NCBI GenBank assembly: GCA_964016885.1
Contig: OZ024741.1
Span: forward strand, 207,266,001-207,330,000
DNA length: 64,000 nucleotides
Direction of reading: 5' to 3'
Source: Eledone cirrhosa
Lineage: Eukaryota
Numbering within the stretch: position 1 is the first letter of the stretch; each line of letters begins with the position of its first letter. The position numbers were made by a program, and so were the translations under genes. Shown here in pieces: positions 50,901-64,000 of the stretch. Below the pieces are notes generated by a model. That model had not been told where the DNA came from, searched no databases, and worked only from the letters and a program-made list of their open reading frames with translations.

Positions 50901-52321
50901 GGGGAAACCTCTCATATTATCAAGGTATTTGAGAGGGTGGTGAGATCACGAATAATCCACTTTCTTGAAAGCAACGGCCTCCTGAACTCCAACCAACATG
51001 GGTTCCGTAATGGAAGGGACTGCCTAACGCAGCTCCTGCATCACTTTGACGATGTTTTGAGAGCCTTGGGAGAGGGCACCAACACTGATATCATCTACCT
51101 TGACTTCAGCAAGGCCTTAGACAGGGTTGATCATAAGATTCTACTGAAAAAACTATCCAATGTTGGTGTCTCTGGAAGGTTACTACAGTGGATCAAATGT
51201 TTCCTGACAGGCAGAACCCAGCATGTTGTAGTCGAAGGAGTAAAATCAAGCCATGCCAATGTCAACAGTGGCGTCCCACAAGGCACTGTGTTGGGCCCAC
51301 TTCTTTTCATCATCTACATTAATGACATTACTGACATCATCAAACACAGCAACATGAGAATCTTCGCAGACGATTCCAAGCTCCAAGGGGTCATCAATGA
51401 GGTGGGTGACCGGACTTGCCTTCAGTCAGACTTACTGGCTGTTATCCAATGGGCAGAAATCAATAATATGCTGTTGAATGAAGATAAATTTGAATTAATC
51501 CACTTTGGAAAAAAGGATGCCTTGAAACTACCCTACTCTCTGCCTTCGGGTGAAACTCTAGTGGCATCCAATAACATCAGAGACCTAGGAGTAATTGTGG
51601 ACAACAACATAAGCTGGGCCACTCATATAAACAGCAAAGTTGATATGGTCCGCAGAATGTGTTCCTGGATTCTTAGAACTTTCCAGTCGAGAGATATCCA
51701 CAGTTATCCTTCTCTTCTCCACTTTTTCCTGACCCCACCTTGAATACTGTTGTCCACTGTGGTCACCCCACACGAAACAAAGTATCATGAAAGTTGAAGC
51801 ACCCGAAAGGTCAATTACAAAAAAGATAGATGGCATGACAGGCGACTATTGGAGTCGATTAGAAAAGCTCAAACTTAATTCTCTCCAACGTCGCCGTGAG
51901 CGCTACATTATCTGTATGATGTGGACAATATTCCATCAGCTTTGCCCAAATGATGTTGGCATCACCTTTAGTGTACACCCAAGGCTTGGGCCCCGTGCTA
52001 TCCGCCCACGACAAAAATCTCACTCGCATCACATAACAACAATACGGCACAATTATTTCACCTCAATTGGCCCTGCACTCTTTAACATTACACCAAGACA
52101 CATCAAAGCAGAGACGGACCCCATCAAGTTCAAGAAGTCTTTGGATAAATTCCTTCAAGAAATCCCGAATAAGCCTCCTACACCCGGATATGCCTCCGTA
52201 AACAATAACTCTCTGCTCAAGTGGGCCATGGTGCCCAAACACTGATTTGTAAGACTTCGCTAGGTGCTGCTATTAAGTTAGACATGGCCTGAGCCAATAC
52301 TGGCCGAAACCTATCAAAGTT
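47396..52321 (+). mobile_element. Near full-length CR1-group LINE (ORF1-like region, APE, RT), disrupted, inserted in (TA)n
   Basis: APE: IRADR..KGGTAIF, LYRPP, LMGEFNLP.VDW, PTR..NILDLVF, SDHDMV. RT: QHGFR.GRDCLTQL, YLDFSKALDRVDH, SGVPQGTVLGPLLF, FADDSKL, LEYCCPLWSP. 3' end TATCAAAGT. Tandem repeats in the 5' UTR. Confidence 0.93.
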
Positions 52322-52349
52322 ATATATATATATATACATATATATATAT

Positions 52350-52410
<61 letters not shown>

Positions 52411-52415
<5 letters not shown>

Positions 52416-52620
52416 ATAATAATAAATTTGAAGACTAAAATCCAAAGAGGGCTCGATAAGGATAAATATATATCAGATATATAAGAACCGTAGAGCAAAT
52501 ATTTATTAAAATAACAGATTAAAGTTTAAGCAAAGAATCGCTGCTTTCACCCTTAACCCTTCAGAAGTGTGAAAGCAGCGATTCTTTGCTTAAACTTTAA
52601 TCTGTTATTTTAATAAATAT
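52411..52620 (-). mobile_element. Family F fold-back copy
   Basis: Matches 19960-20102; inverted arm 52569-52620; apex in HHR stem II. Confidence 0.8.
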
Positions 52621-52676
52621 ATTTATATATATATATATACACTGTCGAATATATTTATATATATATATATATATAT

Positions 52677-54305
52677 AACGAAGGAAATGTGGTAAGGAAC
52701 CAGGTGGACCATAACGCACCAAAGTACTCAATACTTGAGGTAGTAGAGTGGGTAATAGGAACCAGTAAGACCCCGACAGCTGAGCTCAAGCCGTTTCGAC
52801 GGCTAATTCTGGACTAAATGAAAATTTATCCTGGTATTTAAATAGCCGATCTTCTCAAGGGGTAATTCCATATATGGTCAAAGTGATTGTCAAAAATCAG
52901 TAGTAATTCTGTGGTTGCAAATTAGTAGGGGAGATGGTGGCTAAACCTGCCAGTAGGAGAAAGAGGGGAGGGGGTGGAGTAGACCCAATCAAGCGTTGGT
53001 AGTGCCAGCTACAGCTGGGCATGAGGTCAAAGAAGATACAGGGGAGGGGGAGGGGGAGGAAGTCGGAACGGTAGGTAGAACAATGGGGGGGGTAGAAATA
53101 GGAAAGAAAAAATACTGAGAGTGAAGAAAAGCAAATAAGTGTAAAGAAAAAAGTAAAGTAAATTAAATTCTACGAGCTAGGTGTCAGGCTATTGTTAGGC
53201 GAGAATAAAATAAAGAAAGAAAGAAGTAAATAAATAAATAAATAAATAAATAAGGAAATAAGTAAAAGAACTAGGTGGGACGGTATAGGCAAGGACCCTT
53301 TTAAGAGGTATAAGTACGTAAATGATACGGTGACGGGTCAACAAAAGGGGCCAAAATACTAAAGAGACTACCACGAAATAAACAATAAAGGTTTCCATCC
53401 CGGGCCAGCAACGACCCAGTGCAGCAAAGTGAACTTGTACGAGATAATAATTCTGAGTCCCGAGAAAAATATATACTAATGCTAACTCTAAAAGATCTAA
53501 AACAAGCTACATGAAAGTTCGTACGAAATAAAGGTAGAATACGGAAAAATAAATTCAGAATCCACCCCGCCCAGAAGAAAAGCGAAGCAAGAAATACTGA
53601 AACGAAAAAATAAGGCATAAGTGCCACTAAGAAATATAGAGGGCACAGAGAATAGTGGGAGCGGTCGGAAAAAGGGGGCAAGTATCCGGGGTCTAAGCCA
53701 ACTGCTATAAAGGGCGGAGTCCGCCAAATCTATTATAGACTAGGGGAGGGGGTGGTGGGGGTACTAAGGCTACATGGGGCCAAAGGGCAGCCTCGGGTGG
53801 GCGAGAAAAGACGCCGACAAAGGAGAAGAGCTGGGGTAGAAGGACAAAGGAGAGAGGGGGGAAGGAAATAAAGGAAGCGACAAAAGAATACAAAGAATAT
53901 CTTACGTCTTCCTTGGCAAGCAGGGGTTACCCATTGCAAAATCGGCAAGTGGGGTGTTATAGCCCTAGTCTACCCCCCCCCCCCCCCCCCGGGTCATTAT
54001 GGGGTTTGAGGGCGAGGTAAGTCCTACGCAATCTATGTTTACATGCAGTAACCAGTTCATCTTTCTTGTTTAGGAGTTGGTCCGTCGAAAACAGCATTTG
54101 TAAAGTTTCCTCCGAGCATAAATTGCACGGACGGCGTCCTCCCGTGTAAGAATTGGCTCTGGACAGTAATCTCCAAGTGAGATCATAGGTGATGTTGTTG
54201 TCCTTGAGGTCCCATATGTGGCCCGAAAGTGTAGTGGCGTGACGCCGGGCCGGGTTTCGGAAGGTATGTCTATGTTGGTATAGCCGGGTCTTGAAGTCAC
54301 ATGCG
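52677..54305 (-). mobile_element. PLE family E, 5'-truncated (GIY-YIG end at about 54030-54300, plus UTR/pLTR)
   Basis: Minus strand reads WRLLSRANSYTGGRRPCNLCSEE..LLNKKDELVTACKHR. HHR near the 3' end; (TA)n on both sides. Confidence 0.82.
52770..52863 (-). ncRNA. Type I HHR with U3:A8 covariant core
   Basis: ACCCC-TTGAGAA-GA(T)CGGCTA..TAGCCGTC-GAAA-CGGC-tTGAGCTCA-GCTG-TC^-GGGGT. Confidence 0.82.
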
Positions 54306-54322
54306 GTATATATATATATATA

Positions 54323-55177
54323 TACGCTGTCGAAATATTCGATAAATATTCCGCTACGGCCGACGCGAAGCGCTAGTTTTGGTTATTTGTCGGAGATTCC
54401 TTCATAGAAGCTTCATTCGTATAGCCTGGTCTATTCGATTTTTTATATAGTTAATTATGCTAATTGGGAGAGGAAACGGTATATATTTTATCTTGTGATT
54501 CTATAGACATGTTTTATGATATATAGCTCTGATTGTTTAATTTATTAATTTTTCATTGAGCCACAAAGTGACCAGTTGCAAAACACGTATATGTATGTGT
54601 ATGTATATATATATATGTAAACTTTTATATGTAATAATCTCCCACTAGGTTGAGATACAAATTTGGCTGTATTGTGCTTTGTTTTCTAGCAAAAATTCCA
54701 CCAGTCGTAAGCAACTACCACACCCCTTCCAACTTGACCGCGACTACGTCACGATTTTTAGCCATTTTGAAATGAATTCTTGGCGCGATCGCCTTGGAAA
54801 ATTTAATGTCTAGATATGAGCGAGCTTCCTGAAGAATCCGGCGCTCGAGTTTATATAATTATTACTTAATTATTGGAAAACTCAAAACACGGACGAAACC
54901 ATGGTAGAGATATTTAAATGTATTCTATTTTCTCCTAGTTTATTTTAAACCTAATTCTGTTTAGTTGACTATATCTAGGCGATTACGCTGTCGAAATATT
55001 CGATAAATATTCCGCTACGGCCGACGCGAAGCGCTAGTTTTGGTTATTTGTCGGAGATTCCTTCATAGAAGCCTCATTCGTATAGCCTAGTCTATTCGAT
55101 TTTTTATATAGTTAATTATGCTAATTCGGAGAGGAAATAGTATATACTTTATCTTGTGATTCTATAGACATGTTTTA

Positions 55178-55186
<9 letters not shown>
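54323..55186 (+). mobile_element. ORF-less retrozyme-like element: 661-nt unit plus about 203-nt terminal redundancy
   Basis: 54323-54525 is repeated at 54984-55186. HHR at 54826-54909; (TA)n on both sides. Confidence 0.75.
54826..54909 (+). ncRNA. Type I HHR
   Basis: TTC-CTGAAGA-A-TCCG..CGGA-C-GAAA-C-CATG-G-TA^-GAG; short stem I. Confidence 0.72.
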
Positions 55187-55214
<28 letters not shown>

Positions 55215-55217
<3 letters not shown>

Positions 55218-55510
55218 CTATACATTGGGAGGGTCATGTTGCCAATAAGAAACACACGCACCAGTTGCTTTCACTTCAATTTATTATAATAAATTTATAA
55301 ATTTAGGAATTTATAAATTTCCGGTTGGTTGGTTGGTTCCACAACCAGATGGTTGTTTATATATTGTCAAAGTTCTTTCGTCACACATTCTGTGACTTCT
55401 TCAGTGACTGGGGATTATTTTCTTTGTTTTTGTGCCTCTCCTTTGTTCTGTCCTACGCCATCTTGTTTTTGTGTGTGTGACACACACACAAAAACAAGAT
55501 GGCGTAGGAC
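55215..55510 (-). mobile_element. Family B pLTR fragment
   Basis: Close match to 59480-59720. Confidence 0.8.
55366..55408 (-). ncRNA. Minimal type I HHR (CUU site)
   Basis: GTCA-CTGAAGA-A-GTCAC.agaatgt.GTGAC-GAAA-G-AA-C-TT^-TGAC. Confidence 0.7.
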
Positions 55511-55577
55511 ATATATATATATATATGTATATATACAATATATTAATAAATGGAAACTATATTTATAAAACCATAAT

Positions 55578-55643
55578 TATTTTATTATATATATTTCAAG
55601 GGCGACCAAGGTAAATTATGGTGCGCTTTCATCAGATAAAATA
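55578..55643 (-). ncRNA. Type I HHR
   Basis: TATTTTAT-CTGATGA-AAGCGCACC..GGTCGCCCTT-GAAA-T-ATAT-A-TA^-ATAAAATA. Confidence 0.82.
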
Positions 55644-57806
55644 CTGATTTTTTTATAAATAAATATTGACATACCCGGAAATAAGACAACCTCAACGGTT
55701 GGAAGTCGCTGGATAGTGGAGATAATTGAGGGTGATACAAAGTTGTGAGTGAGTATGCAAATGAGTGTCAGAAAAATTTAAAAATACAACGGTTTATTTA
55801 AATTAAACTGTTGGAAGAAAATAGATGTAAAAGGGAGAGAGACAAAAAATTGAGAGGGAGAGAGAAAATTGAAAGGGAGAGAGATAGATAGAAAAAATAT
55901 ATTGAAAGGGAGGGAGATAGAATAGTGAGATGGGAGAGAGAAGAGAATAGAAAGAGAAACAGAGGGATAGAAGAAAAAGAGAAAAGATATAATATTGAGA
56001 AAGAGTGAAGGAAAGAACAAATATTGAGATGGAGAGAGAAAGGAAAAAGTATTGAGAGGGAGAGAGAAAAGAATATTGAAAAAAATTGAAAAAGAAAGAG
56101 GGAGAAAGAGTGTGAGAGGGAGAAAGAGAAAGAGAAAGAGGGGCGAAGTGAGCGAAGAAATAAATTTTATATAGATGAGTAGTAAGAATGTAAATATATT
56201 CATTATGTTAAGTTTATATTATTTATAAAGGTAAAGTTAAAAAATTAAATTAATGATAAAAAATCTTTACAAAAGAATTTGGTTATAATTTAGTTAAAAA
56301 TTTAACCAGAAATTTAATTAAAATTTAATTAGAATTTAATTAAAATTTAATTAATTACAATAAGATATATTACAAAGAGAAGTATTTTAAATTTTATTAA
56401 GATGTATTAATACTATATAGGTTTAGATGGTTATTTTATGTTATAGGTTATTTTATGTTATAGGTTATTTGAATGTATAGTATTTTGCATTGGAAAAAAA
56501 ACAAGTATAGTTTAATTGATTAAAGTAAGTTTGGCAAAATTATATTTAGCCATAGTTTATTCATAGTTGTAAGTCAAATCTTAAACGTCAAATATTTATG
56601 AAGATTTACGAGAGTTTAGAAAGGAAAAATTATTTAATTAGAAATATATATTAAAACAATTTACAATTTCGACTATAAATTAAGACTATAAAGATTGAGA
56701 TTATAAAAAACAATAAGGAAGTTTAAAGGAAGTTAAAAGGGATTTTTTTAGAACCCAAATGACTCCAAGGATAGATAAAAATCACTACGAAAGTTATAAG
56801 AAATTATAAAAATTCATCTTAAAATATAATTAAAATATAAGACATATTCACATATATATAAATAATATAAATGATTGGATAGATATGAAAATACATAAGT
56901 ATTAAACATGTTTAGAATATTGGAAGATGTAGGGGTAATGAAAGATGGGAAAATAGTGGTTTTTCGTATCTTTCAAAAGAACCTTTCAAAAACTTAATCA
57001 TAAGTTTTACAAAAATTTCCAGGAGGTGTTTCGAAGGAAATTTTTAGAATTTTTCAAAACATTTTTATAAAAGAATTTTTAGAGGTAGGATTGAAAGGTA
57101 CGATAATATATTAGAAAGTAAAGGTTTTAAGGAGTAAATTAAAATTAATAAGTGTACATTATATATAAGGTTACAATTATATTGATATATATAATCTGAT
57201 ATATATTGATATATATAATCTGATATAATTGATATATATAATCTGAGGGAAGAGATTATAGGTGTTTGGATGTAGAAAACGTTATGTAAGGAAGAATGAT
57301 CATATATTACATTTTATATATTTTTTCCAATGTTCTTTTCTCTCTCCCTCTCAATACTTTTTCCTTTCTCTCTCCATCTCAATATTTGTTCTTTCCTTCA
57401 CTCTTTCTCAATATTATATCTTTTCTCTTTTTTCTTCTATCTCTCTGTTTCTTTTTCTATTCTCTTCTCTCTCCCATCTCACTATTCCATCTCCCTCCCT
57501 TTCAATATATTTTTTCTCTCTATCTCCCTCCCTTTCAATATATTTTTCTCACTATCTCTCTCCCTTTCAATTTTCTCTCTTTATCTCTCTCCCTCTCAAT
57601 TTTTTGTCTCTCTCCCTTTTACATCTATTTTCTTCCAACAGTTTAATTTAAATAAACCGTTGTATTTTTAAATTTTTCTGACACTCATTTGCATACTCAC
57701 TCACAACTTTGTATCACCCTCAATTATCTCCACTATCCAGCGACTTTCAACCGTTGAGGTTGTCTTTTTTCCGGGTATGTCAATATTTATTTATAAAAAT
57801 AATCTT

Positions 57807-57872
57807 TATTTTATCTGATGAAAGCGCACCATAATTTAATTTGGTCGCCCTTGAAATATATTTAATAAAATA
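57807..57872 (+). ncRNA. Type I HHR (mirror copy, stem III mismatch)
   Basis: As 55578, but GAAA-T-ATAT-T-TA. Confidence 0.7.
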
Positions 57873-58003
57873 ATTATGGTTTTATAAATATAGTTTCAAT
57901 TTATTAATATATTGTATATTTACTCCACTAATTTGTTGAGTGCTTTATATCAGTTATAAAAAGTTTTAAGCTTGTTGAATCCCAACAAATTAAATATAAC
58001 CTC

Positions 58004-58119
<116 letters not shown>

Positions 58120-58120
58120 A

Positions 58121-58149
<29 letters not shown>

Positions 58150-58151
<2 letters not shown>

Positions 58152-58268
58152 ACTTTGATAACTTTGATAGGCTTCGGCCAGTATTGGCCCAGACATGTCT
58201 AACTTAATAGCACCACCTGGCGAAGTCTTACAAATAAGTGTTTAGGCACCATGGCCCGCGCGAGCAGT
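58150..58268 (-). mobile_element. Extreme 3' end of the CR1-group LINE family, with a (TATCAAAGT)2 tail
   Basis: Reverse complement matches about 52210-52321; (TA)n on both sides. Confidence 0.85.
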
Positions 58269-58269
58269 G

Positions 58270-58603
<334 letters not shown>

Positions 58604-58612
<9 letters not shown>

Positions 58613-59248
58613 ACGTACATACATATATGTATACAGACGTACAGTAGTATGTATATATATATAGATACATGCACACATATATATATATGTACGTATGGGT
58701 TTACCGAACATTTATTATAATGTTCGGTTTGTTTGTAAACAAACAGCCCGAATTACGCCGTACAGTGTTTGGCAACCATCGTTGCCCTGTTGTTCAACAC
58801 TGACAAAGGAACGATGAACTAGTTTCAAGCTTATTAGCTTTCGTTAACATCGTATACCTTCCTGTCAGATGATTGAACGTTTTTAAAGTATATACTTTCC
58901 TTATGCATATTAACGGCTGAGCAGCAGGTATACGATGCTAACGATAGCTAATAAGCTTGAAACTAGTTCATCGTTCCTTTGTTAGTGTTGAACAAAAGGG
59001 CAACGATGGTTGCCGAACACTGTACGGCGTAATTCGGGCTGTTTGTTTACAAACAAACCGAACATTATAATAAATGTTCGGTAAACCCATACGTACATAT
59101 ATATATATATATATATGTGTGCATGTATGTATATATATACATACTACTGTACGTCTGTATACATATATGTATGTACGTATACATACTTATATTTAGAGTA
59201 CCAGCCGTACTAAGAGTGAGAAATGAAATTTCGTTTCATTCTTTTCCA
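58604..59248. mobile_element. Fold-back copy of the 10986-11472 element (arms about 58604-58858 / 58926-59186) with a permuted tail; mutated HHRs at 58811-58853 (-) and 58932-58974 (+)
   Basis: Palindrome visible. Tail 59202-59240 equals the opposite end of the 10986-11472 unit. Confidence 0.82.
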
Positions 59249-59335
59249 TATATATATATATATATTTATTTATTTATATAGACAAAAATATACCTATTTT
59301 TCTTCAAAGTCCCGACTGCAGTTTCGCGGAATCAC

Positions 59336-59408
<73 letters not shown>

Positions 59409-59410
<2 letters not shown>

Positions 59411-62400
59411 TTTCTGAATTTGTTTAGCAAGATTCTTTATCTGAAAACGTGTGTTGAAACCGATATTGTTATACTTTGCGAGGGTCATGTTGCCAATAAG
59501 AAACATCGCACCAGTTGCTTTCACTCCAATTTATTATGAATTAAATTATAAATTTAAGAAATTTATAAATTTCTGGTTGGTTGGTTGGTTCCACAACCGG
59601 ACGGTTGTTCATATAGTGTGAAAGTTCTTTCGTCACGCATTCTGTGACCTCATCAGTGACCGGGGATTATTTTCTTTGTTTTGTGCTTCTCCTTTGTTCT
59701 GCCATCTTGTTTTTGTGTGTGTTGTGTGCTTAGTTTGCGCATGTGTTACATCCGGGTGTCTTTTGTGTTTTTATTTGTTTATTTATTGTTTTATTTACAT
59801 ATTACTAGTTGATTGTTTGTTCTATGTGTGTGTGTTTTCATTTTGTCCTTAATTGTAAGTTGTGATGTTGCTATTCCATTCATGTTTTCTATTTAATTTT
59901 GGTTGGAGTCTTTACATTGTCCCTCGGTACATCTTATGCTATATACTATGTTTCTAGTTTTGCAGTTAATATGGGGGCTTAGTTTACAGATTATGCATTT
60001 CTTATCTATACAGGGAGGTCTTTGAAAAGGGTATGTATTACTAATAAGTGTTTTTTATGGAGGTACCTGGTCTTTCCACTATCTTAATATTTAGGTTAAG
60101 TTTATCTAGTGCCCTTCTAAATTTGTAAGCTAGTTCACCTCTATGGGTTGTATTGATGAACATTACACTCTGGTATTTATTGCTATCATACCATGAGTGT
60201 ATTCTATTAACCTTATTCCTAGTTCTTTCTATTCTATTCCAAAATTTGCTCCTATACAAGTAACAGGTCCCATTTGTATCATTATTTACCATTTTTCCCA
60301 TTTGGTTCTGGCTCCTCTATATACTCTGATTTTATCTCTCTGATTGTAACCAGAGAACTGCATACGGTGGATGAAGTGTTGTATGTGTCTCTCTGTTTCT
60401 TTGGGGTTGCACATGCGGGACACGTTCCTCATCACCCGTACAAAATCCGCAATCAGTATGTTGATTTTGGTGTGATCCGAAACAGCTGAGTTTCGGTGGA
60501 TCAGATATTTGGAAGTCATGGGTTTGGCGTAATGGGAATGGAGGATTTGTTTTTTGTTATTAATGGTTTCTAACCTCAGCTCTGTGTCTAGTACGGGTAA
60601 TCGATAGTTGGAGTGTTTGCTTGGGTAGTCTCTAGTAACTCTAATACTCTGGTGGATGGAGTTAGCTATTTGCTGGATGCTTTCCATGGTGTTTTTCTCT
60701 AATCCTGACTGTTCTCTAGTGGGGCATTTTTACTACGATGTTTATATCATCAACGTAGCGAGAGTACATAATCAGGGTTAAGAGGTTGCTGTCTTCTAAT
60801 TGTTCTTTAAGTTTATTGTCCCACCATACCATGAATAGGTTAGCTATGTTACCTGTAATGATAACACCAATGGCTGCTCCCTCCTCTTGGGCATATGTTT
60901 TTCCATTAAATTTGAACATATGTTCCTTAAGGGTTTGTTTTATACTGGCCCCCACCGCATGTGCAATCATTTTCTGGAGTTCATCATGGTTTTAGGGGGT
61001 CCGTATGGCTCTGGTCCACCCGTTCCATCTTTCTGTGTTGGTTTTCTTGACCCTTGAGGTAATGGTAGGTGGTCTGCCTCTTGTTGACCTTGTAGGGCAG
61101 AGGTTGCTAAGGTCATACGTATCTAGATAATCATTATTATATGTAAGTTTAAGTAGGAGTCCCAGCTCACTGGTATCAATCCCACGGAATTCAACATTGC
61201 TCTCACTGATAATTTTGACGCATTTCTCCACAGCAAAATCCACGTCAATGCGTGGGTATAGGGGCACTACATCCATATTACCTATTATACAGTCTATTAG
61301 GTCCCTAGATCGGTTATTTTCGCTGATTCTGCTGAGGAGGTCCCCCGTGCTGTCACATATATCCGGGGACATTTCAATGATGGGGCGTACGATCAAGTAG
61401 AGGAAGTAGGAAAGTCTGTAGTTGCTAGCAATGTTAGCTCCACAGACTGACCGTGTTGGTGGTCCTGTGACTGGGTCACTGTTCGTCTTATTGTCTTTTC
61501 GAAGCCCATACAACGCTGCCACGTCTTTGTTCCGGGCCTGAAAGTTGTTGGCAGTCCGTTTATTGGACTGCATTATGTTTGTCCACATCATCATATGAGC
61601 GTTGAGGGTTTTCTCCCTATCCTCTTGCTCTTGTGGTGTTACTTCTCTTGTGTTAGTGATGTGGGGTTGCATTGCCTGGATGTAGTTTGACAGACTGTCA
61701 ACCGACAATCTGCCAGACTTTTCTGTTGGAAAGCATGCAATTTCTCCATTATGTGAGCGCTGCATGAGCTTACGCAAGCCATTTGCAGATTTTTCTCCCA
61801 GTTGTTGGGCCTCCATTCTATTTTGCTTCTTGTTATACTGTTCTATAATATTTCTCAGTTTAGATCTAACTATATTAAATTGTGCTTCTATTTGTTCATC
61901 GACCTACGACGGCAATTGCGTGCGTATGTTAAAAGCTACAGTCATGGCGTGGACTCGTCGTAAGTCGGAGGACATATCGGAAGGGTTATAAAACGTGGAA
62001 TTCCAGGCTGCGTTGTGTTCTATTGCTATTGTTAGTTGTGTTGTTTCTATTTCTATTTCCACCATCAGCCCCATGGTTGTTTCTATGTCTCTCATTGTTA
62101 CTACTGTCCCTTCCTTCTGACTCCTTGTTATTATCTACTCTATTTTGTTTGTCTGTGTGTTCGTCCTGGTTATTTCCTCTGTCATTGTCATTAGTCTTAT
62201 TAGTCTTACCTATCTTGTTTCTATGTCTCTCATTGTTACTCCTGTCTCTTTCCTCTGGCTCATTATTATCTAGTCTATTTTGTGTGTCTGTGTGTTCGTC
62301 CTGGTTATTTTATCTGTCAGTGTCAATAGTTTTTCTACTTCTCTCATTGCTATTACAGTCCTTCACCTCTGTGTTACTGTCATTATCTGTTTTCTGTGTC

Positions 62401-62578
62401 TGTGTGTCTGTTAAGATTGTGGTGGTGGTGAGAGGCATAGGATGTGTGTGTGTGTGTTGTTGTTGTTGATGTGTGTTGTTGTTGTTATTGTTGTTGTCTC
62501 TGTGTGTGTTGTTGTTATTGTTGTGTGTGTTGTTGTTATCGTTGTTTGTGTCTGTGTGTCTGTTGTTGTTGGGATGTG

Positions 62579-62676
<98 letters not shown>

Positions 62677-63191
62677 ATGTCGTTCGTGTTATTACTTTTG
62701 TTTTTGTTTTTGTTGTTGTTGTTGAGGCTCCAACGTAATTTTGGAAATGATTTTTCTATTTCTGACAAGCATCTTATCATGTTTATCTTATTATATGTGG
62801 CATATTTAGGTGGTAGCTGTAAGATGGATAATTCATCAGAGTCGACTGTAGTGTTGCCGTATATATTTGTGTTATTGTTGTTGAATTCGTCCGTTATTGA
62901 AACATCAGCCATGTTTATACCATCAATCATATCTGGATATTTATCTCTATTCTCTGAAGTTTCTTGGTTTAGTTTCATCTGTTTGAGCCACCTTAATTTC
63001 TTGTTAAAGTGTTTGTTGCATTCTTGGATGATGTACTTTTCTTCTTCGTATATAATGTTTATGTATTCTAATTTTTCTTTTGGTGTGGTGATCTTAGTTA
63101 TTTCTTGTATTAGGTTACGCTTATGTTTTTCTTGGTGACTTAATTCTCTGTAAATCTTCTTTTTTATGTTTAGAATTAGTGTTCGTTTTAG
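59409..63191 (-). mobile_element. PLE family B (related to A), near full length, with a deletion in the GIY-YIG region; HHR-like motif at 59618-59660
   Basis: PTEKSG, GNMDVVPLYPRI, AAIGVIITGNIANLFMVWW, YSRYVDD, LPVLDTEL, HYAKPMTS; ends in (TA)n. Confidence 0.92.
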
Positions 63192-64000
63192 CCAAATGGC
63201 GAAAAATGGTAAATAATGATACAAATGGGACCTTCCCCTTGTATAGGAGCAAATTTTGGAATAAAATATATACTGGTGTGATAGCAATAAATACCAGAGT
63301 GTAATGTTCATCAATTCAACTCCTAGAGGTGAACTAGCTTACAAATTTAGAAGGGCACTACATAAATTTAAACTAAATATTAAGATCTTGGAAAGACCAG
63401 GTACCTCCATAAAAACACTTATACATACCCTTTTCAAAGACCTCCCTGTATAGATAAGAAATGCATAATCTGTAAACTAAGCCCCCATTTTCACTGCAAA
63501 ACTAGAAACATAGTATATAACATAAGATGTACTGAGGGACAATGTAAAAATACGAATATAGTGTACATAGGTAATACAGCTCGTAGTAGAGGAGAACGAT
63601 TAAATGAACACTAGCTAGAGCTTCAAGATAGAACAGAATCATCAGTACTCCACCAACATGCTAAAATAGAACATAAGGGCAAATTAGAGAACATAGAAAT
63701 AAAAATAAAATCTACACACAGAAAAGACGCAATGTTTAGACAAATCACAGAGGCAATAAACATAAATGAACTCCAACCAAAGTTAAATAAAAAGCATGAA
63801 TGGAATAGCAACATCACAACTTAGAATTAAGGATAAAATGAAAACGCACACACATAGAACAAACAACCAACTAGGAACCTGTAAATAAACAAATAAATAA
63901 ACAAATATAAACACACACAGACGCCCGGATGTAACACATGCGCAAACTAAGCACACAACACACACAAAAACAAGATGGCGTAGGACAGAACAAAGGAGAG
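63192..64000 (+). mobile_element. Inverted duplicate of the family B 3' part (GIY-YIG + pLTR), running off the window
   Basis: Reverse complement of about 59690-60305; keeps the VYIGNTARSRGERLNEH segment missing from the minus copy. Confidence 0.88.

Noticed and set aside
55778-57671. Hydrophobic F/L/S-rich ORFs resembling membrane proteins
   Set aside because: Translations of CT-rich pLTR low-complexity sequence.
62310-63314. 334-aa ORF as an intact N-terminus
   Set aside because: The first ~40 codons come from the antisense of the inverted duplicate, across the junction at about 63192.

Overview
AT-rich eukaryotic DNA made almost entirely of transposable elements. I found no recognisable intact host gene, only one low-confidence candidate exon. 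The SINEs resemble those I recall from octopod cephalopods (an inference from memory, not a database result). The window is dominated by decayed Penelope-like elements (PLEs; RT + GIY-YIG) of several lineages. It also has a near full-length CR1-group LINE, RTE fragments, two mariner remnants, tRNA-derived SINEs and long (TA)n/(CA)n microsatellites. The ORF track misses the main signal: more than 20 type I hammerhead ribozyme (HHR) motifs from roughly a dozen sequence families, including U3:A8 covariant cores and family-specific palindromic stem III loops. At least three HHR-bearing units are ORF-less, about 430-660 nt long, terminally redundant or circularly permuted, and flanked by (TA)n. They look like retrozymes (circular-RNA-derived passengers of PLE RT), although solo PLE pseudo-LTRs (pLTRs) cannot be excluded from this window alone. 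Many insertions share a fold-back layout, (TA)n-[inverted copy]-[direct copy + extra tail]-(TA)n. Coordinates and folds were read by eye and may be off by a few bases.
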